NCBI RefSeq assembly: GCF_000519265.1
Contig: NZ_KI912608.1
Coordinates: 113,665-137,664, forward strand
Reading direction: 5' to 3'
Source of the DNA: Desulfonatronum lacustre DSM 10312
GTDB lineage: Bacteria > Desulfobacterota > Desulfovibrionia > Desulfovibrionales > Desulfonatronaceae
DNA: 24,000 bases
Part shown: positions 8,656 to 13,773 of the stretch, in pieces
Numbering within the stretch: position 1 is the first letter of the stretch
Layout: each line of letters starts with the position of its first letter
Translations under genes and position numbers: made by a program
The notes under the pieces: model-generated
What the model was told of the DNA's origin: nothing
Seen by the model: only the letters and a program-made list of their open reading frames with translations
The model's database searches: none

Positions 8656-8763
8656 ATGTTCATTTTCAGAAAATTCGCTCTCTCCGTCGAAGCATGGATA
8701 ATCGGCATCGGCCTTTTCGCGTTGTTTGGAGTGATGGATATTTACGCGGCGTTGGTCTTATGA
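8656..8763 (+). CDS. Candidate 35-aa small hydrophobic (single-TM) protein, below the ORF track cutoff
   Basis: ATG 8656 with AAGAGG 9 nt upstream. Translation MFIFRKFALSVEAWIIGIGLFALFGVMDIYAALVL. A plus-strand terminator lies about 100 nt downstream. No homology recognised. Confidence 0.3.
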   Translation: MFIFRKFALSVEAWIIGIGLFALFGVMDIYAALVL

Positions 8764-8837
8764 TGGGACTTGGTCTCCGCGAAACGTTTTTGACGAGCAA
8801 TTTCGCCGGCTGGATTTCACCGGAAACGGCGACATAA
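8760..8837 (+). CDS. Candidate 25-aa ORF overlapping the previous one by ATGA
   Basis: ATG 8760 overlaps TGA 8761-8763. Translation MMGLGLRETFLTSNFAGWISPETAT. Ends 24 nt before the terminator stem. Very weak evidence. Confidence 0.15.
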   Translation: MMGLGLRETFLTSNFAGWISPETAT

Positions 8838-8860
8838 CTTGTCGTGGTCCATGCGGTAAC

Positions 8861-8909
8861 AATGCCCGCGCCCTGGAACGGATACCGTTCCAGGGCGCGG
8901 GCATTTTTT
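8861..8909. terminator. Strong intrinsic terminator with plus-strand polarity; the hairpin could also serve the convergent FemAB-family gene
   Basis: Perfect 21-bp stem AATGCCCGCGCCCTGGAACGG (8861-8881) / CCGTTCCAGGGCGCGGGCATT (8885-8905), 3-nt loop, followed by a T run on the plus strand. On the minus strand it is followed only by TTGTTACC. Confidence 0.8.
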
Positions 8910-8947
8910 CGTGATGGAGGGAAGAGTGCGTGAATGGAGCCAGGCGG

Positions 8948-10042
8948 TTATAGACCGCTGTCCCTGGAAAGCGAGTCCGCGTTGCGATACGCGTTGTAGA
9001 CGTCTTCGTTCAGCGGATAGTCCCAGGAGCCGCTACGCAGTTCGATGGTCCCGCCGAATCCGGTCTTGAAGCGGAACAGTCCGTAAAAAGGATGGTCCGG
9101 CGCGGCCCCGGGCGAGACCGCTCCCATATCGTAGCGGGTGCAACCTCGGCTTCTGGCCAGCCGCATGGCGGCCCAGTGCAGGGCGTAGGAACCCATGAAC
9201 GTTCTGTTGGCCGTGGAGGAGGCACCGTGCAGGAAAACGGCGTTGCTCCCGGAAAGAGCGACGATCGCTCCGGCCAGCAGGTCGCTTTCATGCCCGGCCA
9301 ACAGGAAATGCAACTCCGAAGTGTTGGATTTTAGGGCGTGGGCCTGGAACAGAGCCGCGAAGTGGCGATAATCGCAGGAGGGAAAGCCGTTACGTTTGGC
9401 GGTCTGGCGGTACAGGTCATAAAATGAGGGCAGCTTGTCCATGGAGGCCGGGGTTACGACGACGCCCTTGCGCCGGGCCAGCCCGATATTGTAGCGGGTC
9501 TTCGCCTTCATCCCGGCCAGAATCTCCTCTTCCGGACGACTGATGTCCACGACCAGGGAACTGGCCACGGTCATGTCCATTTCCGCCTTGCGCAGGTTCC
9601 AGTGCCTGGTGCCGATGTTCATGCGCATTTCCCGGATGCGCGGTTCCGGAAAGGCGCTCCAGCTTTTGGCGTGCATTTCCCCGGCGTACCGGGACTCCCA
9701 GGGCAGGTCGTAACGGATGAAGGCCACGGAAGGGTCCAGATGGCGGATCAGCGCTTCGGAAAGTTCTTCGAGGTACTGGCCACGATGATCCCCGGGCGGA
9801 GCGTGCTCCGGCCCCTGGGGCACGAAGGCTCCCAGGCTATCCCGACCCACGGGCTGGAGCAGGACCAGGACGTCGCCGCGATTGTCTTGGGCCGGGTTGG
9901 AAGTCGGCTCTGGGGTAAGGATGTCGAAGGCCACCGGCCTACATCCCAGGCGGGATTTAACATGAGCCCAGTAGTCGGACTGGAACAGAATGTCCGTGGG
10001 CAAAAGGGACTGGGTCTTTTTGGGAGCGAGGCGGACAGACAT
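8948..10042 (-). CDS. FemAB-family (lipid II:glycine glycyltransferase-like) aminoacyl/peptidyl transferase
   Basis: FemAB-like blocks: AGMKAKTRYNIGLARRKGV, YDLYRQTAKRNGF, GASSTANRTFMGSYALHWAAMRLARSRGCTRYDMG. Start set at ATG 10042 because a minus-strand terminator (10096-10136) lies inside the longer 10147 version. Confidence 0.7.
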   Translation of the reverse strand: MSVRLAPKKTQSLLPTDILFQSDYWAHVKSRLGCRPVAFDILTPEPTSNPAQDNRGDVLVLLQPVGRDSLGAFVPQGPEHAPPGDHRGQYLEELSEALIRHLDPSVAFIRYDLPWESRYAGEMHAKSWSAFPEPRIREMRMNIGTRHWNLRKAEMDMTVASSLVVDISRPEEEILAGMKAKTRYNIGLARRKGVVVTPASMDKLPSFYDLYRQTAKRNGFPSCDYRHFAALFQAHALKSNTSELHFLLAGHESDLLAGAIVALSGSNAVFLHGASSTANRTFMGSYALHWAAMRLARSRGCTRYDMGAVSPGAAPDHPFYGLFRFKTGFGGTIELRSGSWDYPLNEDVYNAYRNADSLSRDSGL

Positions 10043-10095
10043 GATGGTGATGGATTCCGTATGAACGGTTGAACGAAAACGGGCAAGGGCCGTGG

Positions 10096-10136
10096 AAACA
10101 AACAAAAAGGGTTTCGGCCTTGCGGTCGAAACCCTT
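10096..10136 (-). terminator. Intrinsic terminator downstream of the ATP-grasp/Cys-rich gene pair
   Basis: Minus-strand RNA: AAGGGUUUCG - 10-nt loop - CGAAACCCUU, then UUUGUUUGUUU. The 10-bp stem is perfect (plus-strand coordinates 10107-10116 / 10127-10136). Confidence 0.7.
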
Positions 10137-10153
10137 AGTTTTGCCATGATAGG

Positions 10154-10191
10154 GAGAAAACCAGGTGGCCTTGCGATGCAAGGCTTTTCTC
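10154..10191. other. Compound hairpin: outer GAGAAAA/TTTTCTC, inner GCCTTGC-GAT-GCAAGGC
   Basis: Inner 7-bp stem at 10168-10184; outer A/T stem at 10154-10160 / 10185-10191 with a 7-nt asymmetric bulge. Shares the 8-mer GCCTTGCG with the loop of the terminator at 10117-10124. Confidence 0.35.
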
Positions 10192-10259
10192 AAGGATCCT
10201 CCAGGGGCAACGGAACGGAGACGCTCTTATCTGATTTCAAAGTTGTTGGCAACTATTGA

Positions 10260-10502
10260 TTATTTCTTGAGTTTCTTGGCCAGGAAAACACGCAGTGGGC
10301 AGCGGCAGAAGTAGTCGTGCCCGAAGGACAGGGCGAACGCGCAATCCAGGGGAGTATCCTCACGGCACTTGATATAGCCGTCCAGCCCGAAATCTCGGGC
10401 TTCGCAGAGATCTTCGAAATCTTGCTGCTTGCATCGGAATTCTTTTGGACACTCAATTTCGGACATGATCCGCTCGATGGTTTCAAGGTCTTGTTCATTC
10501 AT
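10260..10502 (-). CDS. Small (80 aa) acidic Cys-rich protein of unknown function
   Basis: ATG 10502 overlaps the ATP-grasp stop (ATGA, 10499-10502). Seven Cys (positions 18, 24, 33, 46, 54, 66, 68) including CRCP near a basic C-terminus AKKLKK. Visibly more AT-rich than its neighbours. Confidence 0.65.
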   Translation of the reverse strand: MNEQDLETIERIMSEIECPKEFRCKQQDFEDLCEARDFGLDGYIKCREDTPLDCAFALSFGHDYFCRCPLRVFLAKKLKK

Positions 10503-11470
10503 ACGACTGGGCTCTCTCTGTCGTTACGGCGTGTTTTCAAAAGCGGGTCGGCAACGACCTGGGCGATAGCTTGGGCGAATTCCTCTGCAGCTGGAAGGTG
10601 TTCGCGCAGCCAAAGTTCGGGTTCGATGAGTTCCAGTTCCATGACCGCCAGCTTTCCGTGTTCGTCCCGGACCATGTCCACTCGTCCGTAGCTCGGGGCC
10701 GGTTCGCAGGCGGCCATGGCGCGTTGGGCCAGTTCCACGTGCTCTCGTGTCGGTTCGAGGTGGTGGACCGTGCCGCCGTGGTCGTCCTGGACCCGGAAGT
10801 CTCCGGCCTTGGGAACCTTGCGCACGGCGTGGGTGACGCGGCCGTTGACGACCATCACCGTGTCCTCCCCGGTTTGGATCACGTCGTGGATGAACGGCTG
10901 GAGCAGGAAGGCCTCGGCGACGAGGAGCGGACGGACCTGCTCCTGAAGCGCGTCGGCGTCGTCGCGATGGACCCGGTAGGTGTGGCGGGCGCCGCCGGAA
11001 ACGCAGGGTTTGAGCACGGCCTCCTCCCATCCGGCGACTTCGAGCAATTCGCGCAGACTCTGGGGGGCGTCGGGTTCGAGAAGCCGGAACGGGACCACCG
11101 GAACGCCTCGGGCCTGCAAGTCCGCGAGATAGTGTTTGTCCAGGTTCCACCAGATGGTTTCCGGGGCGTTGCACAGCCGGGTCTGGGTTTGGACGCGGCG
11201 CAACCATGCACTGAATTCGACTATCCGATCAAAGTAGTCCCAAGTGGTCCGGAAGACGGCGCAGCGAAAAGCCGACCAATCCACGTCCGAAGCGGCCCAG
11301 TCCAGGCGGACCGAGGAAAGTCCGAGTGCCGCGAGGGCGTTTTGCAGCAACTCGTCGTCACGCAGGATGTTGCGCAGATACCAGTCGTCCGGGGCCGCGT
11401 CATTGTATGCGTAGCGGCTCTCGGTCAGGAGGGCCACGTCGGCTGTGGGGTGGTGGGGTACGGGGGGCAT
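10499..11470 (-). CDS. ATP-grasp domain protein (RimK/glutathione-synthetase-like ligase), substrate unknown
   Basis: 323 aa. N-terminal pre-ATP-grasp region (FRTTWDYF), central LKPCVSGGARHTYRV, C-terminal GRVDMVRDEHGKLAVMELELIEPEL, typical of ATP-grasp Mg/ATP-site strands. Confidence 0.8.
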   Translation of the reverse strand: MPPVPHHPTADVALLTESRYAYNDAAPDDWYLRNILRDDELLQNALAALGLSSVRLDWAASDVDWSAFRCAVFRTTWDYFDRIVEFSAWLRRVQTQTRLCNAPETIWWNLDKHYLADLQARGVPVVPFRLLEPDAPQSLRELLEVAGWEEAVLKPCVSGGARHTYRVHRDDADALQEQVRPLLVAEAFLLQPFIHDVIQTGEDTVMVVNGRVTHAVRKVPKAGDFRVQDDHGGTVHHLEPTREHVELAQRAMAACEPAPSYGRVDMVRDEHGKLAVMELELIEPELWLREHLPAAEEFAQAIAQVVADPLLKTRRNDRESPVV

Positions 11471-11538
11471 TTTCTCGTCGTCAGGGATAGAGGGTTTTGG
11501 TTTCAGAGGGATGAGTCACGGCTGTTTCGGAAGAAGAG

Positions 11539-11553
11539 GCCGCGTGTCGCGGC
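11539..11553 (-). terminator. Short hairpin 3 nt after the hgcB stop (possible weak terminator or attenuator)
   Basis: Minus-strand GCCGCG-ACA-CGCGGC followed by CUCUUCUUCC, so the U-tract is poor. A plus-strand reading would give GTTTT, but there is no plus-strand gene upstream. Confidence 0.3.
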
Positions 11554-11556
11554 GTT

Positions 11557-11832
11557 TTAACAGCATTGAGGAGCGCTGCTCTTCGGAAGCCATGTCTGGA
11601 TGATGTAGGCGGCGCAGCCGACGCCGGGCGTCACGCTCATGGCTTCGGTGGGGCAGTTCAGGGCGCAGGCCCCGCACTCCATGCAGGCTTCGCGGTCCTG
11701 GACGTGGGCTTTGTCGTTTTTCAGCGTAAAGACGCGGTGCGGGCAGACTGCGACGCAGAGGCCGCATCCCACGCACTTTTCCTGATCATAGGCCAAGGTG
11801 GCCACGTTTTGCAGATGACGGAATTGTTTCAT
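11557..11832 (-). CDS. hgcB: HgcB, 2x[4Fe-4S] ferredoxin of the mercury methylation pair
   Basis: 91 aa from ATG 11832 (GAGGA SD overlapping the hgcA stop). Two CX2CX2CX3CP motifs (CVGCGLCVAVCP, CMECGACALNCP), an extra Cys at position 73, and a C-terminal vicinal pair ..APQCC. The longer track ORF (to 12006) overlaps hgcA and is rejected. Confidence 0.9.
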   Translation of the reverse strand: MKQFRHLQNVATLAYDQEKCVGCGLCVAVCPHRVFTLKNDKAHVQDREACMECGACALNCPTEAMSVTPGVGCAAYIIQTWLPKSSAPQCC

Positions 11833-11843
11833 GGCATGCGTCC

Positions 11844-12848
11844 TCACTGAAGGTTTCCCCAGATAAAGCAGATCACGGACACCACAGTGGACCCGGCGAG
11901 GATGGGGATGGCCGCCCGCATTTCCTTTTCCACGCCGGAGGGCGACGTGTAGGGCGTGGAGCCGGTGAAGTTCAGGGCCGTCCAGGCAGACAGGGTCATG
12001 GTCCACAACCCCGCTCCCGCCAGGACGGGCCAGGCCGGAGTCGGGAAGAGCAACGGCAGGGCCAGGGCCGGGATCAGTCCCAGGCCGGCTCCGGCCAGGG
12101 AAAAGAGGCGGGTGGGCAGCCGGGGCAGCAGCAACGGAAAGGCCACCGTTCCGCCCAGCAGGCCGAAAAGGGTGGCCGTCGCGGCTACGGCCCAGCGCTG
12201 GAAAACGGCCCCAGGGGCAAACTCCGTCCCAATGAGGCCCAGCACCGCCGCCGCGGCCAGGACCGCGAGAATCATTTTCCAGCCCAGGACCAGCTCAACG
12301 GGTACCACGGCAAGCCGTTCCCTAAAGGTAAAGGTGATTTCCCGCATGGCCTCGTCGGGACCCTGATCCAGAAAACGCGGCAGATCTTCGGCCCGGATCG
12401 GTCCCAGGACGGCTTCGAATCCCGTGGCCTTGCGCACGTCCCGGAGCCGGACGCCGTTGGCGGCCAGTTGGGGCAGAATCAGGCGGCGATGGGACACGAC
12501 GCGGTCCAGGCCGGCCTTGCGGACCTGGACGGCCACGGCTTCGGCGTTGAAGGAGCCCTTGCCCCCGGCGCACCAGACATTGATGCCACGGGTGTCCGCC
12601 ACCAGCAACCAAGCGTTCCGCCCATGCAGGGCGAAGCGGACCGTGTCGAAGGTCAGCTTGTAGTTGGCCGTGACCACGACCGGGGCGTCTGGGGACGGGG
12701 CGCCGACGGCGTAGAGCCCCGGATTGACGGTATAGTTGTTGCGATCCAGTCCCAACCGGGCCCGGCAGTCGCCGAGGCGGTCCCACAATGTTGGACACGT
12801 TCTGACGCGGGGAACGCGCCCCGGCGGGGTGGTGATGAACCCGTCCAC
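11844..12848 (-). CDS. hgcA: HgcA, corrinoid protein of the mercury methylation pair (N-terminal corrinoid-binding domain plus C-terminal TM domain)
   Basis: Cap-helix motif NVWCAGGK at codons 90-97 (nt 12558-12581). About 5 hydrophobic helices in the C-terminal half. hgcB follows 11 nt downstream. GTG 12848 is the first possible start after an in-frame TGA and has no SD; see findings for the upstream in-frame leader. Confidence 0.9.
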   Translation of the reverse strand: MDGFITTPPGRVPRVRTCPTLWDRLGDCRARLGLDRNNYTVNPGLYAVGAPSPDAPVVVTANYKLTFDTVRFALHGRNAWLLVADTRGINVWCAGGKGSFNAEAVAVQVRKAGLDRVVSHRRLILPQLAANGVRLRDVRKATGFEAVLGPIRAEDLPRFLDQGPDEAMREITFTFRERLAVVPVELVLGWKMILAVLAAAAVLGLIGTEFAPGAVFQRWAVAATATLFGLLGGTVAFPLLLPRLPTRLFSLAGAGLGLIPALALPLLFPTPAWPVLAGAGLWTMTLSAWTALNFTGSTPYTSPSGVEKEMRAAIPILAGSTVVSVICFIWGNLQ

Positions 12849-12880
12849 ATAGGGTTCGATGCGATAGCCCGGCAGATCGT

Positions 12881-12901
12881 CGGCCCCCGCACCGGGGGCC
12901 G
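12881..12901 (-). promoter_or_regulatory. GC-rich hairpin 10-11 nt downstream of the in-frame TGA (SECIS-like geometry; alternatively a leader or attenuator hairpin)
   Basis: Minus-strand RNA: C GGCCCCCG GUG CGGGGGCC G, i.e. an 8-9 bp stem with an apical G-U-containing loop. The stem starts 10-11 nt after UGA (12914-12912). Confidence 0.3.
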
Positions 12902-12911
12902 GAGGCGGGCC

Positions 12912-13022
12912 TCAGCACGGTGCGGCGCCTGAATCGGGGCTTGGCCCGGTGGCGGGGGAAAGACCCGGAGTCGGGGTAGCGGGCAAGGGCGGGGCCATGG
13001 GAAAGGGCTGTAATGGTTTCAT
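12912..13022 (-). CDS. 36-codon Pro/Ala-rich leader ORF, ATGA-coupled to arsR, ending in Cys-TGA and in frame with hgcA
   Basis: ATG 13022-13020 overlaps the arsR stop TGA 13021-13019. Translation MKPLQPFPMAPPLPATPTPGLSPATGPSPDSGAAPC, then TGA at 12914-12912. Same frame as GTG 12848 (66 nt between the two codon starts). Coding status unproven. Confidence 0.3.
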   Translation of the reverse strand: MKPLQPFPMAPPLPATPTPGLSPATGPSPDSGAAPC

Positions 13023-13297
13023 GACGCTTCCAGCTTGGCGATGAGGTTCTTGAACAGAGTCAGGCGTGATTTGTCCACGCAGTAGCAAATGCGTGGCCCG
13101 TCGATTTCCCCCTGGATCAGCTCGGCGTCCTTAAGCAGCTTCAGGTGCTGGCTTACCGTGGATTGAGCCAAGGGGAGGATGTTCACGAGTTCGCCGCAAA
13201 CGCACCGGTCTGCTTGCAACAGGTGGAGCAGGATGGTCACTCGGGCCGGGTGGCCCAGGGCTTTGCAACATTGGGCAATGATCTGAACGTCGGTCAT
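13019..13297 (-). CDS. arsR: ArsR/SmtB family metalloregulatory repressor
   Basis: 92-aa winged HTH (LAQSTVSQHLKLLKDAELI). CVC metalloid-binding motif (DRCVCGEL) plus an N-terminal CC pair (AQCCKALGHP). GGGGAG SD upstream of ATG 13297. Confidence 0.9.
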   Translation of the reverse strand: MTDVQIIAQCCKALGHPARVTILLHLLQADRCVCGELVNILPLAQSTVSQHLKLLKDAELIQGEIDGPRICYCVDKSRLTLFKNLIAKLEAS

Positions 13298-13315
13298 GAG
13301 GCTCCCCGAATTGCT

Positions 13316-13335
13316 TTATCGTTAATAAACGATAA
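13316..13335. promoter_or_regulatory. Candidate ArsR operator: inverted repeat TTATCGTT-AATA-AACGATAA
   Basis: Perfect 8-bp arms with a 4-bp spacer, 19-38 nt upstream of the arsR start codon, overlapping the predicted -10 element. Confidence 0.5.
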
Positions 13336-13351
13336 GGCGGGGGAACGTCAA
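13322..13351 (-). promoter_or_regulatory. Putative sigma70-type promoter of arsR-hgcAB
   Basis: Minus strand: TTGACG (13351-13346), 18 nt spacer, TATTAA (13327-13322). Motif match only. Confidence 0.4.
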
Positions 13352-13403
13352 TTCATCATCGTGAGAGGGTCGATGCACTGCTGCGAGCGTCGGCCTTGTA
13401 AGT

Positions 13404-13432
13404 TTGACGGGTTGGGGTTCAACCGCTATCTT
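13404..13432 (+). promoter_or_regulatory. Putative sigma70-type promoter of the nfu-like gene, divergent from arsR
   Basis: TTGACG (13404-13409), 17 nt spacer, TATCTT (13427-13432), about 50 nt upstream of ATG 13485. Motif match only. Confidence 0.35.
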
Positions 13433-13484
13433 TTCTAGTTTGTTGACGACTTGCCCGCCCCTGGGCGGAGAAAAGGAGAGCGTG

Positions 13485-13706
13485 ATGCGGGAAAAGGTCC
13501 AGGCGGTGCTGGAGACGATCAGACCGCATTTGCAACGAGACGGGGGAGACGTGGAGCTTGTGGACGTCTCGACGGACGGCGTGGTCACGGTGCGCCTTAC
13601 GGGGGCCTGCAAAGGGTGCCCCATGTCGCAGGTAACGCTGAAAAATGCGGTTGAAAAGACTATCCTGAAGGAACTGCCTGAGATCACGTCGGTTCAGGCG
13701 GCTTAA
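13485..13706 (+). CDS. NifU C-terminal-domain (Nfu-type) Fe-S cluster assembly/carrier protein
   Basis: ATG 13485 with AAGGAGAG SD. 73 aa containing ..IRPHLQRDGGDVELVDV.. and the CXXC motif GACKGCPMS. Confidence 0.85.
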   Translation: MREKVQAVLETIRPHLQRDGGDVELVDVSTDGVVTVRLTGACKGCPMSQVTLKNAVEKTILKELPEITSVQAA

Positions 13707-13733
13707 CGGGCTACCGGAAGAACCGGATTTTCG

Positions 13734-13753
13734 GCGGGCTTCGGCCCGCTTTT
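13734..13753 (+). terminator. Intrinsic terminator after nfu
   Basis: GCGGGC-TTCG-GCCCGC (6-bp stem, UUCG tetraloop) followed by TTTTACTTT. Confidence 0.55.
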
Positions 13754-13773
13754 ACTTTCACAAGGAGCAGGCA

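Noticed and set aside
8433-8708. Track ORFs 8433..8630 (+) and 8505..8708 (-)
   Set aside because: They have no SD and no recognisable domains. They overlap the radical SAM promoter/SD region and the better-supported small plus-strand ORF. Treated as noise.
10043-10147. Longer N-terminus (start 10147) for the FemAB-family gene
   Set aside because: The extension contains a canonical minus-strand intrinsic terminator (10096-10136) and has no SD. Its translation (MAKLRVSTARPKPFLFVSTALARFRS..) looks non-coding. ATG 10042 is kept, though its own SD is weak.
11833-12006. 149-aa version of the hgcB ORF (11557..12006)
   Set aside because: The upstream 58 codons overlap the hgcA C-terminal TM region in another frame. 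ATG 11832 has a GAGGA SD and gives the canonical HgcB N-terminus (MKQFRHL..) and Cys73 numbering.
12322-12918. 198-aa minus-strand ORF overlapping the hgcA 5' half in another frame
   Set aside because: It is Arg/Pro/Gly-rich with no motifs, and it lies almost entirely within the well-supported hgcA coding frame.
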